From the NCBI GenBank assembly GCA_040767965.1, contig JAXGNR010000004.1:640001-704000 (forward strand): DNA of 64,000 bases, in the 5' to 3' direction. The notes under the pieces were generated by a model. It was not told where the DNA came from and did not search any database. It worked only from the letters and a program-made list of their open reading frames with translations. Of this stretch, positions 1 to 10,092 are shown one piece after another (positions within the stretch are counted from its first letter, which is position 1; each line of letters starts with the position of its first letter). Position numbers and translations under genes: made by a program. The DNA comes from Atribacterota bacterium. Its GTDB lineage: Bacteria > Atribacterota > Phoenicimicrobiia > Phoenicimicrobiales > Stramentimicrobiaceae.

Positions 1-805
1 TAGAAGATGCCCCAACTCCAAGATATTCATTATTTTTCCAGTATATTATATTATGGGAACATTTGAATCCTTTACGGGCAAAGTTTGATATTTCGTAGTG
101 GTTATACCCTTCAGATTTAAGATAATTAATAGTTTTTGCATACATCTCATAAAAAGCATCAGATTCAGGAATGTTCAACAACCCTTTTTTATAAAGATGA
201 TGAAAAGTTGTATTTGGTTCTACAGAAAGCCCATATGCGGAAATATGTTCAGGGGAAAGGGTTATTGCTGTTTTTAAAGAATCTAGCAAATCATTTATTG
301 TCTGCCCTGGCAGGCCAAACATTAAATCAATATTTATATTATTAAAACCAACAGTTCTAGCGATTTGATAGCTGTTAAGAATATCCTTTTTATTATGTAT
401 TCTGCCAATGTTAGATAATAAAGAATTATTGAATGATTGAGCACCAATACTAATTCTGTTTATTCCTGTTTTAATTAAATTAACTGCTTTCGAATAATTA
501 AAAGTTGCCGGATTACTCTCGATAGTTATTTCGATGTTATTTTTGATTTTAAAATATTCAAAACATAAATAAATAATGCTGGAAATTTGTTTTTCTGTTA
601 ATATGGTAGGGGTCCCCCCACCAATATATATAGAGGCAATATTAGGTTGATTGTATTTACTGCTGTATATCTTAATTTCTTTTTGCAATGCAGAAAGGTA
701 TTTTTCTACAATATCCTCATTTTTAATTGTTTCAGAATAAAAATCGCAATATGGGCATTTTGAAATGCAAAAAGGAATATGAACATATAAACCTAAATTT
801 TTCAT
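1..805 (-). CDS. hemW: Radical SAM heme chaperone HemW / HemN-like (3' end runs off window)
   Basis: Manual translation from ATG at 805: MKNLGLYVHIPFCISKCPYCDFYS (CxxxCxxC), YIGGGTPT, ESNP, RISIGAQSF, YEISNFA...HNIIYW; open to position 1; follows lepA as in the conserved lepA-hemW order. Confidence 0.93.
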   Translation of the reverse strand, partial: MKNLGLYVHIPFCISKCPYCDFYSETIKNEDIVEKYLSALQKEIKIYSSKYNQPNIASIYIGGGTPTILTEKQISSIIYLCFEYFKIKNNIEITIESNPATFNYSKAVNLIKTGINRISIGAQSFNNSLLSNIGRIHNKKDILNSYQIARTVGFNNINIDLMFGLPGQTINDLLDSLKTAITLSPEHISAYGLSVEPNTTFHHLYKKGLLNIPESDAFYEMYAKTINYLKSEGYNHYEISNFARKGFKCSHNIIYWKNNEYLGVGASS

Positions 806-816
806 TTTTTGCTTTT

Positions 817-2625
817 CTAATTAATTTTTAAAACACTCATAAAGGCTTCTTGTGGTATTTCAACTTTTCCAACCCTCTTCATTCTTTTTTTACCAGCCTT
901 TTGTTTTTCTAATAATTTTCTTTTTCTTGTTATGTCACCCCCGTAGCATTTTGCTAAAACATCTTTTTTTAATGCCCGAACTGTTGCACGGGCAATTATT
1001 TTTTGATTGATTTTTGCTTGAACAGGTACATCGAACATTTGTCTTGGGATGACAGTTTTAAGATTTTCTACAAGCTTTCTCCCTCTTTCGTGGGCTTTTT
1101 CTTTGTGACAGATAAAAGAAAGGTTATCTACCAATTCATAATTAACTAAAATATCCACTTTTATAAGAGGTGAGGCTTGATATCCAACTATCTGATAATC
1201 TATACTGGCATAACCTTTGCTGATTGATTTTAACTTATCATAAAAATCTAGCATAATCTCATTTAAAGGTAAGTGATATACTAAACGTGCTCTATCCTGA
1301 TCAATGTATTCTAAATTTTTGTAAACTCCCCTTTTTTCTTGTACAAGCTCCATAATTCCACCTAAAAATTGGCTTGGCAATACGAGTGTAAGCTCAACAA
1401 AAGGCTCTTCAATAAAGTCAATAGTATTAACTTCGGGTAAAGAAGAAGGATTGTTTATTTCAACCATCTGTCCGTTTTTCAGATGGATCCGATAGATAAC
1501 ACTGGGAGTTGTTGCAATTAACTGTATTTGATATTCTCTCTCTAATCTTTCCTGAATAATTTCCATATGAAGCAACCCTAAAAAACCACATCTAAAACCA
1601 AATCCCAAAGCTGGTGAACTTTCAGCGATATAACTGATAGCAGAATCATTTAAGCTTAGTTTTTCCAGGGCATATTTAAGATTATGATAATCATCGTTAT
1701 CAACAGGATAAAGACTGCAAAAAACCACAGGCGATATTTTTTTATAGCCAGGCAATCTTCTTTCAGCAGGATATTTAGCATCAGTTATTGTATCTCCCAC
1801 TTTGGTTAAAGATACTTCTTTAAATCCTGCAGTTAAATAACCAACTTCACCTACAGATAATTGCTCTACTTTTTTTCTTTTAGGGCTAAAGATACCTGTT
1901 TCAGTGACTTCATAAGTTAAATTGTCGGACATGGTTTTTATTTTCATACCAGGCTTTACCACCCCATTTACGATTCGAAGATAAACAATTGATCCCTGAA
2001 AAGAGTTATATACAGAATCAAATATTAAGGCTTGCAGAGGGTTTTTTATATTGCCTTGTGGTGGTGGTACAAATTCAATAATAGCTTCTAACATTTCTTT
2101 TATTCCGGCACCGCTTTTTGCACTGGTAAGAAAAACAGGACTACTTTCCAATCCTTTGATTTTTTTTATTTCTTCTTTCACCTTTTGCGGGTTAGCAGTC
2201 GGTAAATCTATTTTATTAATTATCACAATAATTTTTAGATTGTTTTCTAAAGCCATTTGCACGTTTGACAAGGTTTGTGCCTGTATACCTTGTGCAGCAT
2301 CGATAATCAGCAAGGCTCCTTCGCAGGCTGCCAGACTACGGGATACTTCATATGAAAAATCAACATGCCCGGGAGTGTCAATTAAGTTAAATACGTATTC
2401 TTGGCCATTATCAGCTTTATATAATAATCGAACAGCCTTAGATTTTATGGTAATACCCTTTTCTCTCTCTAAATCCATATCGTCTAAAACCTGATCTCTT
2501 TTTTCTCTGTCGCTGATTGTTTTGGTTAATTCCAATACTCTATCAGCAATGGTTGATTTGCCATGATCAATATGCGCGATTATAGAAAAATTTCGTATTT
2601 TTTCCATTTTAGTAATTTGTGTCAT
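817..2625 (-). CDS. lepA: Elongation factor 4
   Basis: [25 protein letters not shown]-terminal [25 protein letters not shown]. Confidence 0.99.
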   Translation of the reverse strand: MTQITKMEKIRNFSIIAHIDHGKSTIADRVLELTKTISDREKRDQVLDDMDLEREKGITIKSKAVRLLYKADNGQEYVFNLIDTPGHVDFSYEVSRSLAACEGALLIIDAAQGIQAQTLSNVQMALENNLKIIVIINKIDLPTANPQKVKEEIKKIKGLESSPVFLTSAKSGAGIKEMLEAIIEFVPPPQGNIKNPLQALIFDSVYNSFQGSIVYLRIVNGVVKPGMKIKTMSDNLTYEVTETGIFSPKRKKVEQLSVGEVGYLTAGFKEVSLTKVGDTITDAKYPAERRLPGYKKISPVVFCSLYPVDNDDYHNLKYALEKLSLNDSAISYIAESSPALGFGFRCGFLGLLHMEIIQERLEREYQIQLIATTPSVIYRIHLKNGQMVEINNPSSLPEVNTIDFIEEPFVELTLVLPSQFLGGIMELVQEKRGVYKNLEYIDQDRARLVYHLPLNEIMLDFYDKLKSISKGYASIDYQIVGYQASPLIKVDILVNYELVDNLSFICHKEKAHERGRKLVENLKTVIPRQMFDVPVQAKINQKIIARATVRALKKDVLAKCYGGDITRKRKLLEKQKAGKKRMKRVGKVEIPQEAFMSVLKIN

Positions 2626-4200
2626 CTTGTTCCATTTTCCCCTTAATGATTTTTCTAATTATGCTTTTCGAATTCCGGAATTCAGGTATGGATAATATTA
2701 TACCACTAATGTAGTATACTATTAAACCACCGGAAATAGATATTATCAATTGGAGGAATTGATTCAATTTAATATTTAAATCGATAAATGTCCCCACATA
2801 TTGCGAAATAAACCAGCAGGAAATTCCCATTATTATTGAAGCAAAGCTAATTTTATAAAAAAATAAGAGCAAATCATTAGAAAAGATACCATTTGTTTTG
2901 TTTTGCAGGGAATAACTTAAAACAATTAAATGAAGAATTGCTGCTAGTGAAGTGGCTAAAGCAATACCGGCATGTCCAAAATATCGCACTAAAGCCAAAT
3001 CCAGAATTATATTAAAAATTACTATATAAATACCTATCTTTAATGGTGTTTTGGTATCTTTTAAAGCATAAAAAGAGCTTATTACCAGCCGAAGTGCGGC
3101 AGTTGCAAATAAACCAACAGTGTAGCAGATTAAAGCTATTGTAGTTAAATCTGTGTCATTTGAGCCAAACAAGCCGTGTTCGTAGAAAAAACGTATAATA
3201 GGATAACTTAAAACAATCAACCCGACCATTGATGGAAGTACAAACAAAGAAAGTATTTTTATGCCAAAAGAAAAGCTTTCCTTCATTTCAGAGTGCTGAT
3301 TCCTTGATACATATCCGGACAAAGTCGGTAATATTGCAATCGATATAGCTATCCCAAAAACACCTAATGGAAACTGCATTAATCGATTTGCATAATAAAG
3401 GGCAGAAATACTACCATGAGATAAAAATGAAGCTATTATTCGATCTACAACGAAGTTTATTTTATCAATAGCTAAACCCAGAATGGCCGGTATTAGAAGA
3501 AAATAAAGTTTTTCATTCCAGGATCTTTGAAATCTATGATAAATTTGTAATGAAAATTTTTTTTAATTAATGGTGGTATATGAATTATTGTCTGAAAAAG
3601 CCCCCCCACTAAAACTCCTATTGCTAAACTATAAATACCAATTACTTTTGAATAAGTAAATGCAAAAAGGATTATTCCAATATTCAACATTGCAGGAGCA
3701 AATGCCGGTATAAAAAATTTTTTATAAGAATTTAAAATACCCATGAATAAAGCTGAAATTGCGGCGAATCCTATATATGGAAAAAGAATTCTGGTTAAAA
3801 CAACAGTTAATTCATATTTTTCCGGTTCATATTTAAATCCATGAGCTACGATATTAACAATAAATGGTGCACCAATTATTCCAAGAAAGATAATTATTAA
3901 AAGGATAACAACTAAAATATTTAAAACATTACTAGCAAAATAATCTGCTTTTCCCTGGTTTTTTTTGTTTAAATAGTCTGAAAAAACTGGAATAAAAGTG
4001 GCATTTAAAGCCCCTTCCCCTAAAAAGCTTCTCAAAAGATTAGGGATCATAAAAGCAACAAAAAAAGCATCTGTTGCTAGCCCTGCCCCAAACTGATTGG
4101 AAATCACCATCTCCCTGCCAAGTCCTAAAATTCTGCACAACAGCGTTGCCAGCATTACAATGCTAGTATACTTAGCTACTTTATAATTATTATTATTCAT
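2609..4200 (-). CDS. murJ: Lipid II flippase MurJ (MviN), split by a single-base frameshift at ~3510
   Basis: ORF 3493-4200 has [30 protein letters not shown]; ORF 2609-3379 has QFPLGVFG and [10 protein letters not shown]; adding one A to the A5 run at 3509-3513 joins them via [27 protein letters not shown]...[11 protein letters not shown]. Confidence 0.93.
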
Positions 4201-4324
4201 TTAATTATTGATTACCTTTTCATAGTATAATTATGATTATACTATAATTGCTTGATTTTAATATCAAAAGATGTTAAAATTTATCTGCAAAATTATATCA
4301 GAAAGGGAATATGGTATCAAAAAT

Positions 4325-4636
4325 ATGCCAATAATTAAGTCAGCAATTAAAAGAGTCAAAATAGCAGAAAGACAAAGAATTAAGAATTTCGCATATAAAT
4401 CAAAAGTTAAAACTATAATTAAAAAATTCGAAAGTTCTTTAAACAGTGATAATTTGGAAAATGCAAATAACAATTATAAGCAATGTGTTTCTATTCTTGA
4501 TAAGGCATCTCAAAAAGGAATAATTCCAAAAAATACTGTCTCCAGAAAGAAATCTTTGCTTTCGAGAAAAATAAAAGATTTTGCCCAAAAAGCTGAAGCA
4601 AGTAATTTACAAGACATCAATGAAAATAAAGAATAA
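4325..4636 (+). CDS. rpsT: 30S ribosomal protein S20
   Basis: MPIIKSAIKRVKIAERQRIKN..KSKVKT...LDKASQKGIIPKNTVSRKKS; ATG 4325 preferred over ORF-track 4271. Confidence 0.96.
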   Translation: MPIIKSAIKRVKIAERQRIKNFAYKSKVKTIIKKFESSLNSDNLENANNNYKQCVSILDKASQKGIIPKNTVSRKKSLLSRKIKDFAQKAEASNLQDINENKE

Positions 4637-4651
4637 CAAAATAAAATTATT

Positions 4652-5668
4652 TTATTTTGTTATTCTAATTATTAATTGTTCCAGGATTAAAACAGGATCA
4701 AAATATCCTGTTTTTAATTTTTTTTCTGCTTCTAATAAAAAACGATACGAATTTTTCAATCTACCTATAGAATAATTCTGAGACTGTTTAACCATTTTAT
4801 CTATAATAAATAACGGGAGATGTAATTCTCCCTTTATTTTTTTATAATCATCATTACATATCTTTATCTGAAGCAGTAATTTTATTTGTCTATAAATCAT
4901 TGATAATAAAATAAGTGGATGGTTATCATTGTCTTTCAGATATCTCAACATTTTAATAGCTAAAACAGTTTTTCTTTCTCCTATCGCATCTACAAATTCA
5001 AATATATTATTAGTTTCAGAGCCATAAAAGGTCTTTAACAAATGTTCAAGTGAGATTTTATGCTTAGACGGCTCGCTTTCTAAGTATAAAAATACCTTTT
5101 CCAATTCATTTTCAATCTGACTCAGGTTATTATCAGTTATTTTCTGTAAATAGAAAACAGCTTCTGAAGATATTTCCTTATTGTTTATTTTGCAAATCAG
5201 ATCAATCCATTGTTTTGCCTGATAATTTTTAGGTTTTTGCAATTTAATCACTAATCCATTTTTGTTTATCTCCCCTACAGGGGTGTTTTTTGATAGTTTA
5301 TTATCCAAGGTAAATAATAAAATATAAATATCATTATTTTTAAATGGCTGTTCTTTTATAAGTATATTTAGTTTATCAGTATAAACAGTTTTTATCTTTT
5401 CAATATTTTTTATTATTACTACCTGTTTTTCATAACCTAAAGGCAATATTTTAATTGAGTTAACCAATCTTTCAAAAACCAGGCTTTCGCCATAATAATA
5501 TTCAAAATTTACTTTATGATTTTTATCTAAAAAATATTTCCTAACACTATCTATAGCAAAATTCTGTAAATAATCTGCTTCCCCATAAAAAAGATAATTT
5601 GGTTTTAAAGATTTTTTTTGGATTTGGCTTTTGAATTGAAAAAAATCAATTTCAATATTTTTTTTCAT
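4652..5668 (-). CDS. holA: DNA polymerase III delta subunit
   Basis: YLFYGEADYL, ENELEKV, NIFEFVDAI, EKKLKTG; comEC-holA-rpsT synteny. Confidence 0.92.
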   Translation of the reverse strand: MKKNIEIDFFQFKSQIQKKSLKPNYLFYGEADYLQNFAIDSVRKYFLDKNHKVNFEYYYGESLVFERLVNSIKILPLGYEKQVVIIKNIEKIKTVYTDKLNILIKEQPFKNNDIYILLFTLDNKLSKNTPVGEINKNGLVIKLQKPKNYQAKQWIDLICKINNKEISSEAVFYLQKITDNNLSQIENELEKVFLYLESEPSKHKISLEHLLKTFYGSETNNIFEFVDAIGERKTVLAIKMLRYLKDNDNHPLILLSMIYRQIKLLLQIKICNDDYKKIKGELHLPLFIIDKMVKQSQNYSIGRLKNSYRFLLEAEKKLKTGYFDPVLILEQLIIRITK

Positions 5669-8009
5669 TGTTTTTCCTTAGAGTATTTATATAATAATTA
5701 CTACCATAAGTTTTTACGATAATAGTTCCATTTATATCTGTCCGAAAGATCTCTTTGCATTGTTGATCAAGCTTATTGAGCACATTTTCATGAGGATGGC
5801 CAAATGTATTTGAGCCAACCGAGATGATTGCTACTTTTGGATTAACTTGTTCAAGAAACAAGTCAGCTGTAGAGCTATTACTTCCATGATGAGCAACTTT
5901 TAGAATATCACTTTTAATTGGTATATTCAGGTCTAAGATTTTAAACTCGGATTCTTTTTCAATGTCACCGGTAAAAAGGAAGCGTGAATCTTTGTATTTT
6001 AATTTTAACACAATGGAATTATTATTAAAATCGGTTTCATTATTTTTGTTATCTGTTTTTGTTGGATTTAGTACAAACAACTCAGCAGAGCTGTTTATTT
6101 TTATAATGTCATCAAAGTTTGTTTGATAATGAAAGATTTTTTTGTTTCTTATTATAGAAATATATTCTTTGAAAATAGTGTTATCATAAAAATTGCCGTT
6201 ATCAATAACAGTTTTCACTTTTATCTCTTTCAAAATCGGCAATAAACCCTCTAGGTGATCCAGGTCCGGATGAGTTAAAAACACTATATCTATTTTTTTA
6301 ATTCCTTCTTTTCGTAAATATGGGATTACAATATTTTTGCCAACATCAAAATCATTAAACGGAGTCCCTCCCCCGTCAATCAAAATGATTTTATTTTGAG
6401 GAATTTTGATAAGAATACAATCCCCTTGCCCAACATTTATAAAGTGAACAGACAACGCAGAAGGAGAGAATATATTTATTGCTATAAAAACAATTAGTAT
6501 TGTAACAAGTACTTGTAATCTTTTTTTCTTTTCGTAAAAATTATAATCAGGCCAACTGTATAACATGGTAAATATAAAAAATAGTAAAATATAATAAAGA
6601 ATTATGGAATAGATTTTTGGTTTAGCTACATACTGGTATGCAAATGGAATTGAAGACAAGAATTCGCTAACAGCCAGAAAAACATTGCTAAATAAATTAA
6701 CAAACCAGGATATAAATATTGCCAGCTGGGGTATAAAAAAAGAAAAAAGGATAGAAATAATACTCAAAGTTAAGATTATACTTATTATTGGTATTATAAT
6801 TAAATTGGAAAAAATAGCTATTATTGATATTTTGTAAAAAAAATACGCTGACAAAGGCAGTAACCCTAACCAGGCAGCTAAAGATAATGATAGTGATTTT
6901 TTAAAATAATCAGGTAGAATATATGTTTTTTCTTCTATTATCGGAGAAAGAAGAACAATAAAAAAGGTAATTACAAATGAAAGCAGGAAACCACTATCAA
7001 AAAGATATAAAGGTTGCCATAAAAGTAAAAGAAGTGCAGATAAATAAAGACTATTAAAAAGATGATAAGGGCGATTCAGATATTTTGCAAAAACAAAAAT
7101 ACTAAACATGATTACTGCTCGAGAAACAGAAGGCCTGAAACCAGCTATTGCTGCATAGCCAATCAATACAATTGTTACTATCAGGTGTTTATAAATATTC
7201 CTCTGAGGGTTTTTATTAAATAAATTTAGAATAAACATTAAAAATAAAGCTATCAAGCCAACATGTAATCCGGAAATGGCAAGGATGTGCATTATTCCTG
7301 CGTCCTGAAAAATATCCAGCCATTCCCCTGCTATATTATTTCTATTCCCGATGATCATGGCTTTGATAAGACTGCTGTTCGGCGGAGCATACAATAAATC
7401 AATTTTCTGATTTATTTTTTCTTTTATAATATAAAGTACATTTGCATAGTTGAATTTATTTCCTTTTTTATGTACCCCTATCTGATTATTATCAATAAAG
7501 GAAGTTAAATATACTTTTTGCCTTTTCAAATACTCTCTATAATTGAATTCTCCAAAATTATTTGGTAGATCAGGTTTTTTTAAAAATACTTCAGCAAATA
7601 TTTCATCACCAGGGTTAATAGTATCAGTAAATTTATTATCTGCATTAACAACAGTCAATTGAATATTACCTGAAGTTGAGTATTTTTTTGAATTTATTAG
7701 AAATTCTTTTGTTTTTATGTATAGTTCCTGGCTTGAATTTATTTTATTTCCCACTTTGTAAACACTGCCTTTTACAATTCCTTCTTTTTCTGAAAAGTTC
7801 GAAATATGATTTTTGCCAGGGGGATTTAAGTTATAAGAGGAATTTATCATTCCAATGATGACAAAAGACAGTAAGATTAAGTAATTTAAAAGACGAGTTT
7901 TCTTTAGAAAAAAAGCAATAAAAATGAAAGTTAAATTTATGATAAATATAAAAAATAATTCGGAAAAATTAAAAATGTTGAAATTTGAACATAACAATAT
8001 ACCCAGCAT
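5652..8009 (-). CDS. comEC: DNA uptake channel ComEC/Rec2 with metallo-beta-lactamase domain
   Basis: NFGEFNYREY, HILAISGLHVG, PSVSRA, FINVGQGD, THPDLDH, FTGDIE, KVAHHGS; the true start may lie a few codons upstream. Confidence 0.96.
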   Translation of the reverse strand: MLGILLCSNFNIFNFSELFFIFIINLTFIFIAFFLKKTRLLNYLILLSFVIIGMINSSYNLNPPGKNHISNFSEKEGIVKGSVYKVGNKINSSQELYIKTKEFLINSKKYSTSGNIQLTVVNADNKFTDTINPGDEIFAEVFLKKPDLPNNFGEFNYREYLKRQKVYLTSFIDNNQIGVHKKGNKFNYANVLYIIKEKINQKIDLLYAPPNSSLIKAMIIGNRNNIAGEWLDIFQDAGIMHILAISGLHVGLIALFLMFILNLFNKNPQRNIYKHLIVTIVLIGYAAIAGFRPSVSRAVIMFSIFVFAKYLNRPYHLFNSLYLSALLLLLWQPLYLFDSGFLLSFVITFFIVLLSPIIEEKTYILPDYFKKSLSLSLAAWLGLLPLSAYFFYKISIIAIFSNLIIIPIISIILTLSIISILFSFFIPQLAIFISWFVNLFSNVFLAVSEFLSSIPFAYQYVAKPKIYSIILYYILLFFIFTMLYSWPDYNFYEKKKRLQVLVTILIVFIAINIFSPSALSVHFINVGQGDCILIKIPQNKIILIDGGGTPFNDFDVGKNIVIPYLRKEGIKKIDIVFLTHPDLDHLEGLLPILKEIKVKTVIDNGNFYDNTIFKEYISIIRNKKIFHYQTNFDDIIKINSSAELFVLNPTKTDNKNNETDFNNNSIVLKLKYKDSRFLFTGDIEKESEFKILDLNIPIKSDILKVAHHGSNSSTADLFLEQVNPKVAIISVGSNTFGHPHENVLNKLDQQCKEIFRTDINGTIIVKTYGSNYYINTLRKNNEKKY

Positions 8010-8067
8010 ATAAAAAATCAGTATAGTTAAAGCTGGTTTTTGTAATCCAGAAAAAAAGCTCCTTCTT

Positions 8068-8730
8068 TTAATAGACAGTTATATACTCCTTGATACTTTC
8101 AAATCTTTTTTCTCCAATACCCGTGACTTCCATTAAATCTTCTCTTTTAGAAAACAAACCGTTACTATTGCGGTATTCTAAAATACGTTGAGCTAAAACA
8201 GGACCGATTCCAGGCAGTGTTTCCAATTGGGAAGATGAGGCCGAGTTAAGATTTAGAGCATTTCTTGAAAAAGAGGAGGATTGTTCTTCATGTTCTGAAG
8301 GCATATCTACCATATTACTTTTTACGCTTAAGATGCCTGTTCCTTCCTTTTGAATTAGATATGGAACATTTATTTTTTGTCCGTCATAAATGTGTGCAGC
8401 CAGGTTAATGGCATGAATATTAGAATTGCCCTTCTCTCCTCCAGCCATTTTAATAGCATCAATAATTCTTGCATTGCTGTTAAGCTGATAAACACCAGGT
8501 TTATTTACTGCTCCAGATATATGAATTATGCAAATATCTTCCTGTATTTCATTTTCTTTTCTGAAAATATCTTCTTCAGTAAGTCCATCGTTAATTTCAT
8601 CATTAGGAACAGCCGAGATTATTTGAATGTCATTTTTGTTTTGATTAAATGCAATCCAGCTAAATACAGATAAAGCAATTATTATTAAGAATATATAAAT
8701 TATTTTGTCTTGTCTGGAAAGGTTCAACAT
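8068..8730 (-). CDS. comEA: Competence DNA-binding protein ComEA (SLBB + HhH)
   Basis: N-terminal TM, HISGAVNKPGVY, INLA..DGQKINVP, LNLNSAS..LETLPGIGPVLAQRILEYR. Confidence 0.95.
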   Translation of the reverse strand: MLNLSRQDKIIYIFLIIIALSVFSWIAFNQNKNDIQIISAVPNDEINDGLTEEDIFRKENEIQEDICIIHISGAVNKPGVYQLNSNARIIDAIKMAGGEKGNSNIHAINLAAHIYDGQKINVPYLIQKEGTGILSVKSNMVDMPSEHEEQSSSFSRNALNLNSASSSQLETLPGIGPVLAQRILEYRNSNGLFSKREDLMEVTGIGEKRFESIKEYITVY

Positions 8731-8775
8731 AACAAAAATATCCTTTTACTATTTTCCTTGCCTCTTTTTTCTCAT

Positions 8776-10092
8776 CTATTTAATCAGGTAATTTTTTATA
8801 AAAAACTCTTTTGCCTCTCCTACGGTATAAAGAGATCCGGTTATACAGATAATGTCTTCATTTTTTGCAATAGAAAAAGCTTTTTTAATTGCAAGATCAA
8901 CACTAATTTCTTGAAAAATATTGTTTTTATCTATGTATTTTTCAGATTCTTCAGCAAGTATCGAAGTGGGTGTTGCTCTTTTGTTTTGTGCCATTGTTAA
9001 CACTACATTATCTACAAAAGGAATAACATTTTTAATAATATTCCTGTAATCTTTATCCATAAATACACCAATTACAGCGACTATCTTTTTATCAGGTAAA
9101 TATCTTTTTAATTCTTCCATAAATTTCTTAACACCATCAGGATTATGGGCACCATCTAAAATAGTTAATGGTTCTTTGAAAACTATTTCAAATCTTCCAG
9201 GCCAGTTAGTGTTTTTCAATCCATCCCTGATATTTTTTTCACTAATAAAATAACCAGTTGACATAAGAACTTCTGCAGTAGCAATTGCCAGGGAAGCATT
9301 TTCTGCTTGATAGCTTCCTCGCAAAGGAATATCCATACTTATATATTTATTTTGCAAACCAGAATAGTTTAAATTGCTACCGTCAATACTTGATTTATTT
9401 ATTGAATAGATTATTTCTTTTCCAACGCGATAGAATTCAGAGTTCATTTTATTAGCCATTTCTACTAATACATTTTCAGCCTCCAATGATTGCTGAGCAA
9501 TTAAAACAGGTGTATTTTTTTTGATTATTGATCCTTTTTCCCATGAAATAGCTGATAAGGTATTTCCTAATTGGTCCATATGATCATAATCGATATTTGT
9601 GATTACAGAGACAATAGGTTTGCAGACATTTGTGGCATCAAGTCTTCCTCCTAATCCTGTTTCAATTACAGCAAAATCAACATTTTGATCATGAAAATAT
9701 AAAAATGCCATAGTTGTAATTACTTCAAAAAAAGTAGGATGCTGATAACCTTCTGTTTTGGCAACTTTTTGTATAGCTGGCTTTAACCTTTCCAGTAAAT
9801 CACAAATATCTTTTTTGGATATCATTTTACCATTAATTCTGAATCTTTCTTGAAAGTTTACTAGATGTGGTGACGTATATAGCCCTGCTTTGTATTTTGC
9901 AGATTTCAATATGGTTGAAATCATTGCAGCAGTAGACCCTTTCCCATTTGTCCCGGCAATATGAATGGTCTTATTCTTTAAATGGGGATTGTCAAAAAGG
10001 CTTAACAGGTAAGTAATATTATTTAAACCCAGTTTCATTCCATATTTATTTAGATCATAAATATAATTGATAGCTTTTTGATATCTTGTCAT
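8776..10092 (-). CDS. folC: Folylpolyglutamate synthase/dihydrofolate synthase
   Basis: IHIAGTNGKGST, YTSPHL, ETGLGGRLDATN, WPGRFE, LDGAHNPDG; overlaps valS stop. Confidence 0.97.
   Translation of the reverse strand: MTRYQKAINYIYDLNKYGMKLGLNNITYLLSLFDNPHLKNKTIHIAGTNGKGSTAAMISTILKSAKYKAGLYTSPHLVNFQERFRINGKMISKKDICDLLERLKPAIQKVAKTEGYQHPTFFEVITTMAFLYFHDQNVDFAVIETGLGGRLDATNVCKPIVSVITNIDYDHMDQLGNTLSAISWEKGSIIKKNTPVLIAQQSLEAENVLVEMANKMNSEFYRVGKEIIYSINKSSIDGSNLNYSGLQNKYISMDIPLRGSYQAENASLAIATAEVLMSTGYFISEKNIRDGLKNTNWPGRFEIVFKEPLTILDGAHNPDGVKKFMEELKRYLPDKKIVAVIGVFMDKDYRNIIKNVIPFVDNVVLTMAQNKRATPTSILAEESEKYIDKNNIFQEISVDLAIKKAFSIAKNEDIICITGSLYTVGEAKEFFIKNYLIK

Noticed and set aside
3380-3520. murJ as a true pseudogene or programmed frameshift
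   Set aside because: A single missing base in an A5 run restores a normal full-length protein of a usually essential gene; sequencing error is the simplest explanation.
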